Source: Octopus sinensis (taxonomy: Eukaryota). Taken from it: a stretch of 10,148 nucleotides of DNA. The stretch is taken from positions 1 through 10,148 of the forward strand of contig NW_021827741.1 in NCBI RefSeq assembly GCF_006345805.1, read 5' to 3'. The notes beneath the pieces are model-generated. The model was not told the origin of the DNA, searched no databases, and saw only the letters and a list, made by a program, of their open reading frames with translations. Made by a program: the position numbers and the translations under genes. Positions 1 through 9,629 of this stretch are shown piece by piece; within the stretch, counting starts at the first letter, position 1, and each line of letters begins with the position of its first letter.

Positions 1-158
1 ATGTATTTGTGTGTTAGTGTTTGTGTATGTATGCGCCAGTAAACATACGAATATATGTATGTACGCACAGATGCATACATGCATGTACGTGAGAACACAC
101 ACACACACATACATACATACATACATACATACATACTAATTATATATATATATTATAT

Positions 159-194
<36 letters not shown>

Positions 195-695
195 TCACAA
201 ATATAATAATGCATATGCATTTATATACATAAATTATAAATATACACATATATATGTACGTATGTATACGTGTATAATACTCATATATATATATATGTAT
301 ATATGTACATATGCATATACGTATATATGTATATGCATAATATATTTATGTATATATATGTATATATATGTATATATATATATGTGTGTGTGTGTATGTA
401 TATATATATGCATGTATACGTGTATATAAATACACACATATATATAGATATGCATAAATATATATGTATTTAGGTACATGTATATGTACATACGCATATA
501 CATATATATGTATATGCATATACATATATGTATATATATATGTGTGCGTATGTATATATATATGTATGTATACGTGTATATAAATACACACATATATATA
601 GATATGCATAAATATATATTTAGGTACATGTATATGTACATATGCATATACATATATATATATGCATATATATATGTATATATGTGCGTGCGTGT

Positions 696-727
<32 letters not shown>

Positions 728-730
728 ACG
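1..730. repeat. Compound TA/CA/TG low-complexity microsatellite mosaic containing a ~150-bp higher-order triplication
   Basis: Almost entirely alternating purine/pyrimidine dinucleotides. Anchor TGTATACGTGTATA recurs at 263, 413 and 567; TTAGGTACATG recurs at 470 and 620. Confidence 0.95.
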
Positions 731-866
731 TATTCGTAATGAAATAAATGATATAAAAAGAGATAGGAAGAAATAGTCCATAAATTTTCAAAGATTTAAT
801 TTCCACAACAGTTGAGCTAGACATTTTGTCTGCGAATACATTTATTCCACCCAAATGGAAGTGAGA

Positions 867-1025
867 TAACAACAAAAACAACAACAACAGCAACAACAAA
901 ACAACAGCAAAGTCCTTGCGACGATGACGACGACGACAACAACAATAGATGACAATAACAGCAACAATAAGCACAAAATAATTAAACACAACGATAACTG
1001 TAATGATGATAACAAAACGATGATA
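867..1025. repeat. Degenerate trinucleotide repeat tract (AAC/CAG/GAC/GAT)
   Basis: acaacaacagcaacaac..., gacgatgacgacgacgacaacaacaat... Confidence 0.85.
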
Positions 1026-1736
1026 AATATAATGTCCATATGTACATCCATAAACACCTATGTATATATATATATATATATAATATATATATATATATGG
1101 ACGGTATTTATATGTGTATATGCATGTGTATATGCGTGTGTGTGTGTGTCTGTATGTGAAGGTATGTGTAACTGATGTGTATATGTATTTGTAGATACAC
1201 ATGTATGTGTCCCACTTGCGTGTAAATTACATACTTAATAAATTAATAAAGATTATTAATTCATTCACATGGCTGTAACACTTAGTTTTTATGTTACGTT
1301 TGTCTATTGACACTATGAAAGACATACTGTCTATACACACATACATACATATATGGAGCGTATGTATAAATACATATGTATAGTATATATATATATTATA
1401 TACTAGTATACACATACATATATACATACACATATACATATGTATCACTATATATATATATATTAATATATATAATATATATATATATTATACATATATA
1501 TGTATATATACATACATACATACAGATATACATACATACGACTATGTATGTGTGCATATACAGATTTGCACACACCTGTATTTCCTGTATATTTGATGTA
1601 AGAGCATTTAAACAAATGCATACAAATAATCGTTTATTTCATGCATATTCATCGATTCTCTATGTATATGTGCATGTGTGTATATAATATTTGTAACATC
1701 TACATTTGCATACCTAGTTACATGTATATATATATA

Positions 1737-1763
1737 TAGATAGATAGATAGATAGATAGATAG

Positions 1764-1804
<41 letters not shown>
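1737..1804. repeat. (TAGA)n tetranucleotide microsatellite, ~17 units, one interruption
   Basis: Read directly from the sequence. Confidence 0.97.
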
Positions 1805-1909
1805 TCACACATACACATATATAAAAGGATATAGACACACATTTGTATTCTTCCATCCACTATCTATACATATACACACATATATACATATATCTATATA
1901 TATATATGT

Positions 1910-1911
1910 AC

Positions 1912-1960
<49 letters not shown>

Positions 1961-2020
1961 AATCTCTCTCTCTATATATATATAAATATTATATATAATA
2001 TATATATAAATATATGTAAA

Positions 2021-2072
<52 letters not shown>

Positions 2073-2080
2073 ATAATATA
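1910..2080. repeat. (TA)n/(TC)n compound microsatellite with a duplicated TATGTAAA(TC)n(TA)n block
   Basis: tatgtaaatctctctctc occurs twice (~1954 and ~2012), each followed by (TA)n. Confidence 0.9.
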
Positions 2081-2185
2081 CAAAATGGGACAAGAACGCA
2101 AAACATCCAGATAGACGATATAAAACCACGGACGGGTCATTCGAAGCCTTTAATCTTCAGTCAGAACCGGATCATCCTCGCAATT
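2081..2185. other. Unclassified complex-sequence island between (TA)n runs, probably an interspersed-repeat fragment
   Basis: ~105 bp of GC-balanced sequence sharply bounded by TA runs. Family not identified. Confidence 0.3.
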
Positions 2186-2768
2186 ATATATGTATAAGAT
2201 ATATACACACATATATATATATATATATTATATATATATTATATATATATATATATATATAGGCGAGAATGCATGTGCATTTGTGGATGCGTCTGTGTAG
2301 GTGTATGGATAGGTATTAATCAAGTTGTGTTTTAAAATTTTAATCGTAAACAATGTCTGGAAAACAGCACTTAAATGGCTTCCTAATTTCTCCTAATATC
2401 CTACTACTGAGCTACTATCAGCAACTCCTACATATATTTATATACTTATAAGGTACATGCGCATACACACTCAGACATACACACGCGCGCGAATCCGACT
2501 CACACACGCATACAATAGTCTGACTGTGTCAACATGTGCGGATGTGTTCTCATGCGTTCTATAAGTACATATTCATGTAGGAGTCGTTGATAGTAGTATA
2601 TGTGTGTGTGAGAGAGGGAAGGTGTGTAGTGTGTGTGAAAGAGAGAGAGGGGGAAAGTGTGTGTGTGTGTGTGTGTATAAAATATGAATTAGAGATAAAA
2701 CTACTATTATGCAACTCAAACAGTGATAGACATAAACCAATACATAAATAACAAATAATATATATATA

Positions 2769-3076
2769 TCACCGTAACCACCGTGACCGACCAGGCTATC
2801 AGATGTTGCTACACATCGCTTGTCACAATGCGCTTCGCATTGTTTTAGCCTTCAAATGACGCCACCCCGCTGGCTGAAAGAGCAGGCCAACAGAAGAAAG
2901 AGTGAGAGAAAGTTGCGGCGAAAGAGTACAGCAGAGACCGCCACCACCCTCTGCCGGATCCTCGTGGAGCTTTAGGTGTTTTCGCTCAATAAACACTCAC
3001 AACGCCCGGTCTAGGAATCGAAACCCCGATCCTACGACCGCGAGTCCGCCGCCCTAACCACTGGGCCATTGCGCCT

Positions 3077-3078
<2 letters not shown>
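2769..3078 (-). mobile_element. tRNA-derived SINE, family 1, apparently full length (~310 bp)
   Basis: Minus strand starts GGAGGCGCAATGGCCCAGTGGTTAGGG. A box TGGCCCAGTGG at 3068-3058; B-box-like GGTTTCGATTCC at 3025-3014. The 3' region has an 8-bp hairpin (2825-2843) and a 9-nt imperfect terminal repeat (2771-2788). (TA)n on both sides. Resembles octopus SINEs from memory. Confidence 0.85.
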
Positions 3079-3124
<46 letters not shown>

Positions 3125-3274
3125 TATAACTTATAACTAGATCTCAAAAGAAGTATAAGATGAATGATGTGCAAAATGTGAATGAAATCGATTGGGTAGT
3201 TCTTGAGTTTTAGTTATGCACTCATACACACAGAAACACACACACACATTTTCAGTTTTATATATACTGGTTAC

Positions 3275-3438
3275 TGGCTAACCAGTAAGAGTGGATGCTA
3301 TTGTAGCTTGTACCCCCAGGAGAACATCTTCTCCAGTTGGCTATTGACACACGTTCTGTGCCCTATAAGTATTTGCAAAGGTAAGCCATCCTTCCCATCG
3401 TCGACCTGACCTGATACGCACGAACCCGGGTTTCTGAG
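3275..3438. mobile_element. Diverged linear copy of an unclassified dispersed repeat (paralog of the palindrome arm at 4588-4862)
   Basis: 3275-3389 aligns without gaps to 4616-4730 at 95/115 identity (83%, hand count). It continues as unique sequence to ~3438 and is bounded by short TA runs. Confidence 0.8.
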
Positions 3439-3628
3439 TATATATATAGACATGTTTCTAAGAATTACCAATCTACGCAGATACACTTATATACAGTTTG
3501 TATACAAACGCACACATTTGTAGCCCACACCTATATGCAACTCATATATAGATACATTTCGAATTCTAGTGAGTATCCAAATACCAGTAATATATTCCCG
3601 TCGTTGTCGACGTTCAACATTCTGTTGT

Positions 3629-3663
3629 CCAATCAGCGCATCTGCCGTATCGACCAATTAGCG
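3629..3663 (+). promoter_or_regulatory. Two tandem CCAAT boxes in NF-Y-like context (candidate only)
   Basis: CCAATCAGCG at 3629 and CCAATTAGCG at 3654, 25 bp apart, in a locally CpG-rich stretch. Confidence 0.2.
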
Positions 3664-3759
3664 TAGATTTGGTTGTGTACCTCTCACACATATACCACCA
3701 TTCTTAATACGGAAGGGAATCAGTTAGACGTAGGCTAAGCTTTCGTCTACAATTTGTAA

Positions 3760-3972
3760 GGGACAAACACAGACACAAACAATGCACACATACACACACA
3801 CACACATATATGTGGCGGGCTTCTTTCAGTTTCCTTTTACAAAATTCACTCACATGTCTTTGGTCGACGCAAGGCAATAGCAGAACACATGCCGAATGTT
3901 CCTCGCAGTGTCACAGAATCCGGAAACACATGGTTGGAAAGCACGCCTCCTACGACACTGTCTTTCCTAGCC
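3760..3972 (-). mobile_element. Old, 3'-truncated copy of tRNA-derived SINE family 2
   Basis: 3818-3972 aligns to the reverse complement of 8422-~8580 at roughly 77% (hand count). The internal CA microsatellite and GGGACAAACACAGACAC (3760-) match the same SINE's middle section. Confidence 0.85.
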
Positions 3973-3976
3973 TTGT

Positions 3977-4176
3977 TATGTATGTATATATGCATGCATG
4001 TATGTATGTATGTATGTATGTATGTATGTATGTATGTATGTATGTATGTATGTATGCATGTATGTATGTATGTATGTAAGTATGTATGTATGTATGTATG
4101 TATGTAAGTATGTATGTATGTATGTATGTATGTATGCATGCATGTATGTATGTATGTATGTAAGTATGTAAGTATG

Positions 4177-4207
<31 letters not shown>

Positions 4208-4296
4208 GTATGTATGTATGTATGTATGTATGTATGTATGCATGCATGTATGTATGTATGTATGTATGTATGCATGTATGTATGTATGTATGTATG

Positions 4297-4327
<31 letters not shown>

Positions 4328-4334
4328 GTATGTA
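3977..4334. repeat. (TATG)n tetranucleotide microsatellite, ~89 units, with TAAG and CATG variant units
   Basis: Read directly from the sequence. Confidence 0.98.
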
Positions 4335-4336
4335 CA

Positions 4337-4456
4337 TAGGGTGGTGAGCTGAAAACTTCTTAGGCTGACTACGAGCAAAGTTAGAGCTGTGAAATCCGGC
4401 ATGCGTTAATTTCAACTACCCTTATTGATAAATGCTCTCTCTATTTCCAGTTGACT
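4337..4456 (+). mobile_element. Possible degraded Tc1/mariner terminal fragment
   Basis: TA followed by GGGTGGTGAGCTGAAAACTTC resembles mariner-type TIR starts (TA-CGAGGG...AAAAGT). No partner TIR or transposase is visible; recognition is from memory. Confidence 0.4.
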
Positions 4457-4457
4457 A

Positions 4458-4523
4458 TGTATACACACATTATACATATATATACATATACATACATACA
4501 TATATATATACATATATACTATA

Positions 4524-4587
<64 letters not shown>
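4458..4587. repeat. (TA)n-rich microsatellite abutting the palindrome's left arm
   Basis: Read directly from the sequence. Confidence 0.95.
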
Positions 4588-4591
<4 letters not shown>

Positions 4592-4862
4592 TGACGTATT
4601 TTTGCCATTTGAATATGGCTAACCTCTAAGGGTGGATGCTACTGTAGTTTGTAGCCCCATGAAGAAACCTCCTCCAGCTGGCTATAGACACACTTTCTGT
4701 GCCCTATCAGTATTTGTGAAGGCAAGTCATTCACAAATACTGATAGGGCACAGAAAGTGTGTCTATAGCCAGCTGGAGGAGGTGTCTTCCTGGGGCTACA
4801 AACTACAGTAGCATCCACCCTTAGGGGTTAGCCATATTCAAATGGCAAAAATACGTCACGAT
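4588..4862. repeat. 275-bp near-perfect inverted repeat (133-bp arms, 9-nt spacer)
   Basis: 4588-4720 is the reverse complement of 4730-4862 with 3 mismatches and no indels (130/133). Spacer is GGCAAGTCA (4721-4729). Confidence 0.98.
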
Positions 4863-5765
4863 GTGTTGCCGCTACTGTTTATAACTCGCTCTGAGATTTA
4901 TCATTATATATATATATATACTTAAGTTAAAGGCACCAGAATTTGGTATGCTATTATCCATATAAATCAAATGGGGTGATTATATACAAATTAAGCAACA
5001 AGGATATCCAAGGTAGTGTGGTACAATCGTTGCATGCTACTTCATTTTATTAAACACTGTATTACATCAGTTTTAAAATGTCGAGCAATCTTCAGCCACA
5101 TATAGGATTTTTTAATTAAACGGACAATGCACATCTTTATACTTATTTCATTTGCCAACATTGGATATATTTATATACTTATGTATATACGTATATAAAC
5201 ACATCAAAGCTTCGAAGTTACTATTAACATTTCTCTCGGAAAGTGATTCTCAAATACACCGATTTGTTCTTTTGATAAAGAACTCTGTATTATGCTATAA
5301 ACAAAAAACAAAAACTCAGTAGTGTGTGTGAATGTGTGTATGTGTGAGTGAGAGTGTGTGTGTGTGTGCTCGTGTATTTAATCATACATATATACACATA
5401 TAATATAGGTTGAGGTGTATGCGTGCGTGTGTCTATATCTGTATTAAAATACTTACCGAAATAGCAAATATATTTAATTATATAATTGTATTATACAGGA
5501 ATAAATAACTATATGTAATATATGTAGTTCTGTGTGCTTGAGTTTTTTCGTCTAATCGGTTGTGTTTGTGAATACAATTCAGGATTCTATGCTTGTATGT
5601 GTGTGTATAAGTAAACACATACAGGTATAAGTGTGTGTGTGTCTGTCTGTATGTGTGTCATAGTGTGTAATTGTGTGTAAGGACACATCTATTAAAATGA
5701 GATGTCGTTTAATTGCGTTATTTATGAGTCACTTTAAGGATAATTTGGAAATTTTATGAAGATTG

Positions 5766-6160
5766 TTATATACAATTAGTTTGACTTATAACTATGTACA
5801 TATGTGTATATATGTATATATGTATATATGTGTGTGTGTGCGTGTGTGTGTACAAGTGTATACGTATATGTACATTTATTATATACACATATATGTATAT
5901 GTATAGAAAAGTATAATTACCCACATATACTGATGTAGAGCTATACATATTTACATATATATACATGTATACATATATATTTATGTATATATATATATAT
6001 ATTATATATATATATACATACATATATGTATATGTATATATAGAGAGAAAGGAAGTTACTCGTATACTTGTTTAGAGCTATACATCAGTATATGTGTGTA
6101 TATATATGTGTGTGTTTGTTATGTGTATATATGTATATGTGTGTGTGTGTTTGTTATGTG

Positions 6161-6236
<76 letters not shown>

Positions 6237-6245
6237 TGTGTGTGT
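5766..6245. repeat. Compound TA/TG microsatellite region including a long (GT)n at ~6177-6240
   Basis: Read directly; motif GTTTGTTATGTGTATATAT at 6114 and 6149 (also at 7285). Confidence 0.9.
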
Positions 6246-6535
6246 TTGTATGTATGAATACGTTCACATATATATGGTAAACGAGGAATGTTGATCAAGA
6301 CCACAGTACACAATCTGCGCGGATAGTTTACAAGCCAAGCCACTTAGCATCAGTCTACAGAGACACGGTCTTACTGGCAGAATTTCAAGTCAATAAGAAC
6401 GAATATCAGAAGCTTCAATGAAGGATTGCTCTCCAGATGTCCTGCGTGGTTTTTTTTTTTTCCAGCGCCTGTTATTTGTATGTAGATATGTATGTAAGTA
6501 TGTATGTTTGTATGTATTGTATTTTTGGACGATAA

Positions 6536-6537
<2 letters not shown>

Positions 6538-6589
<52 letters not shown>

Positions 6590-6651
6590 AGTGTGTGTGT
6601 GTGTGTGTGTGTGTCTGTGTGTGTGTTTGTACCTGTACAGATATATATATC

Positions 6652-6698
<47 letters not shown>

Positions 6699-6766
6699 AT
6701 ATGTATCTATATATATATATGTATATACATGTATGTATGTATATATGTATGTATATATGTATGTAT

Positions 6767-6815
<49 letters not shown>

Positions 6816-6995
6816 TGTATGCATGTATGTATATATGTATATATATATATATGTATGTATATATGTACGTATGTATATATGTATGTATGTATATATGTAT
6901 GTATGTATATATGTATATATATACATATGTATATATATATATTTGTATCTATCTATCTATATATATATGTGCGTGTGTGTGTGTATGTCTGTATA
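6538..6995. repeat. Compound (AT)n/(GT)n/(TATG)n microsatellite
   Basis: Read directly from the sequence. Confidence 0.95.
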
Positions 6996-7099
6996 CATAT
7001 TTGTATGAGCATATACTTGTTTGTACTCTTATTTGTCTTGTTTTTAGTTATTGACCGCTGTGTAGACTTGTGTCTATTTAGCTATGTACATACTTAAGT

Positions 7100-7462
7100 T
7101 TATATACATATAGCTATGTGTGTGTGTGTTTGTGTGCGTGTGTATACACGCGTGTGTGTGTGTGTGTTTTTATATTTATGTAGTCAAATATATACAAAGG
7201 CACACTACTGACACACATATACATATATGTAGGTGTGGATGCATACACATATAAATATATATGTGTGTGTGAGTGTGTGTGTGTGTTTGTTATGTGTATA
7301 TATATATATATTATATATATATATGTATGTATGTATGTATGCATGTATGTATGTACATATATGTTTCTTTCTGAGCGTGTATGAATATATTTCTCTACTA
7401 ATTGCGTTTATATAGACTCTTTTAAGTTGTATAAATATAAATTTCTATATCATACACACAGC

Positions 7463-7509
<47 letters not shown>

Positions 7510-7557
7510 TTTATACACGCACTCATATATATGCGTATATGTGAGTGCCTATGTGTA

Positions 7558-7607
<50 letters not shown>

Positions 7608-7742
7608 ATATGTATATAAGGATACATATGGATATACACACACAAACACACACACATGCACACACTTACCTACGTACGTACGTATGTATGCATGTATGTA
7701 TGTACGCATGTATGTATGTACGCATGTATGTATGTATGTATG
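7100..7742. repeat. Compound (GT)n/(AT)n/(TATG)n low-complexity region
   Basis: Read directly from the sequence. Confidence 0.9.
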
Positions 7743-8421
7743 AATCGTCAAAGTGTTATGATATTCCCATTCCGGTGCCAGACATTGAAAGTATGTTGTC
7801 TAGCGATTATCGTTTCGGTGACTTACAACAATTTCTCTTCCATCTTTTATTTGCATCTTTACTTCTCTTGCTTATTCACGTTTGCCCTTTTCCATTAACT
7901 AGTGGAAATATATATATATATATATATATATAGATATATATATATATAGTATATAATCGGACTGATCAGTCCGAGATGTAAAGTTATCGGTAAAACGTTT
8001 TTGATTTTCACTCTCGATAAATTCATCTCCCTTTTGTGTTCCCAGCACTCGGCATCCTAATTTAGGAGCCCTTAATCGTATTACTACATGAATAATATTT
8101 TTCTATATGAATAATATTTTGTCTTATGACTAATTCGTCTTTTGTGCTGGGCACCTGGTAGTAACCAATATTACTACCCTTCTTCTTTATACTCGCATAT
8201 ATATATATATATATATGTATCAAGCTTAGGTTATTGTGAGAAGTTATTCAATTGACCCCATGATTGATGAAACCTAGAGTGGAATTCCTTCGGGATTTCA
8301 TCGATGCTCTTTGGAGCCACTCAGTGAGTTCCATCAATGTGCGTTTATCATAATCTGCCCCTTTTTTTTTTTTTATATAATATATATATATATATAACTT
8401 TTATTACTTTTTAATTATATA

Positions 8422-8838
8422 GGCGCAGGAGTGACTGTGTGGTAAGTAGCTTGCTTACCAACCACATGGTTCCGGGTTCAGTCCTACTGCGCGGCATCTT
8501 GGGCAAGTGTCTTCTGCTATAGCCTCGGGCCGACCAATGCCTTGTGAGTGGATTTTGTAGACGGAAACTGAAAGAAGCCTGTCGTATATATGTATATATA
8601 TATATATATATATGTGTGTGTATATGTTTGTGTGTCTGTGTTTGTCCCCCTAGCCTTGCTTGACAACCGATGCTGGTGTGTTTACGTCCCCGTCACTTAG
8701 CGGTTCGGCAAAAGAGACCGATAGAATAAGTACTGGGCTTACAAAGAACAATCCCGGGGTCGATTTGCTCGACTAAAGGCGGTGCTCCAGCATGGCCGCA
8801 GTCAAATGACTGAAACAAGTAAAAGAGTAAAAAGAGAG
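8422..8838 (+). mobile_element. tRNA-derived SINE family 2, apparently full length (~415 bp) with an internal microsatellite
   Basis: Starts GGCGCAGGAGTGACTGTGTGGTAAG. A-box-like TGACTGTGTGG at 8432-8442; B box GGGTTCAGTCC at 8474-8484. Internal (TA)/(TG) tract at ~8585-8640. Tail ...ATGACTGAAACAAGTAAAAGAGTAAAAAGAGAG. Flanked by TA runs. Matches my recollection of the abundant Octopus SINE. Confidence 0.9.
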
Positions 8839-9056
8839 TATATATATATATTAAAACGATAAGTTACGCTGGATAAGTGCTATAGCTGGTCGACCGTTAG
8901 GTTCCAAGATCACAGCTCAGCCTGGTTCTAGGGATCCGTATTAGGGTTGCACTATAGCAGATATACGTTATATATTAGAAGAAAAATCAGAACCAACGCA
9001 GAACGAGTATCTGAAGTCATTTAAGATAATTTAATTAGAGTGAGGGGAATTTGAAG

Positions 9057-9130
9057 TCTTACAGCCGTTTCTGGGATAACACAAGTTCTAGGTTAGCATG
9101 TCTGTGCACTGGTTATACCCTCATCAGAGA
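9057..9130 (-). ncRNA. Type I hammerhead ribozyme-like motif, unit 1
   Basis: UCU-CUGAUGA-GGGUAUAACC...GUGUUAUCCC-A-GAAA-CGGCUG-UA/AGA. Core intact, two unit-specific stem II changes. Confidence 0.55.
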
Positions 9131-9227
9131 GAAGATATGAATATTTTAGACGGGGAAAATTTACAGTTTACAAAGAATAAAATTCACTTTATAAGGAATA
9201 AAATAAAAAGAATAAAATAAATTGAAG

Positions 9228-9298
9228 TCTTACAGCCGTTCTGGGATAACCCAAGTTCTAGGTTAGCATGTGTGCACTGGTTATTCCGTCATCAGAGA
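9228..9298 (-). ncRNA. Hammerhead-like motif, unit 2 (one A deleted from GAAA, likely inactive)
   Basis: Plus strand GCCGTTCTGG gives GAA-C on the RNA; also a 2-nt deletion in the stem II loop. Confidence 0.45.
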
Positions 9299-9383
9299 GA
9301 AGATATGAATATTTTAGACGGGGAAAATTTACAGTTTACAAAGAATAAAATTCACTTTATAAAGAATAAAATAAAATTTGAAG

Positions 9384-9457
9384 TCTTACAGCCGTTTCTG
9401 GGATAACCCAAGTTCTAGGTTAGCATGTCTGTGCACTGGTTATTCCCTCATCAGAGA
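9384..9457 (-). ncRNA. Type I hammerhead ribozyme-like motif, unit 3
   Basis: UCU-CUGAUGA-GGGAAUAACC...GGUUAUCCC-A-GAAA-CGGCUG-UA/AGA. Confidence 0.65.
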
Positions 9458-9555
9458 GCAGATATGAATATTTTAGACGGGGAAAATTTACAGTTTACAA
9501 AAATAAAATTCACTTTATAAGGAATAAAATAAAAAGAATAAAATAAAATTTGAAG

Positions 9556-9629
9556 TCTTACAGCCGTTTCTGGGATAACCCAAGTTCTAGGTTAGCATGT
9601 CTGTGCACTGGTTATTCCGTCATCAGAGA
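9556..9629 (-). ncRNA. Type I hammerhead ribozyme-like motif, unit 4
   Basis: As unit 3 but C at position 10.1 (CUGAUGA-CGGAAUAACC). Confidence 0.6.

Noticed and set aside
760-870. Possible minus-strand exon ([22 protein letters not shown])
   Set aside because: No convincing splice-site pair or protein similarity; it is a short open stretch between repeats.
2135-2170. Minus-strand CTGAAGA...CGAATGACCCGTC
   Set aside because: GAAU instead of GAAA, and no stem I or independent stem II.
2769-3078. Functional tRNA gene at the SINE heads (also 8422-8490)
   Set aside because: A and B boxes are present, but I found no complete acceptor stem or cloverleaf and the sequence continues into a SINE body and tail.
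4736-4770. Hammerhead-like CTGATAG...GAAAGTGTGTC in the palindrome arm
   Set aside because: The core is CUGAUAG rather than CUGANGA, there is no stem II, 15.2/16.2 is G.G, and the paralog at 3275 lacks CTGA.
5050-5105. Minus-strand CTGAAGA...AAAACTGATGTA resembling a decayed Penelope-type hammerhead
   Set aside because: G12 is missing, there is no stem II and stem I is poor; at best a dead remnant that cannot be supported.
55-7933. All supplied ORFs rich in Y/I/H/T/M/V/C
   Set aside because: They are translations of TA/CA/TG/TATG microsatellites, which lack stop codons in some frames; no domain-like sequence is present.
8258-8320. SECIS element (ATGA...AA...GA)
   Set aside because: Helix II does not pair in the register the quartet requires, and no selenoprotein CDS is visible.
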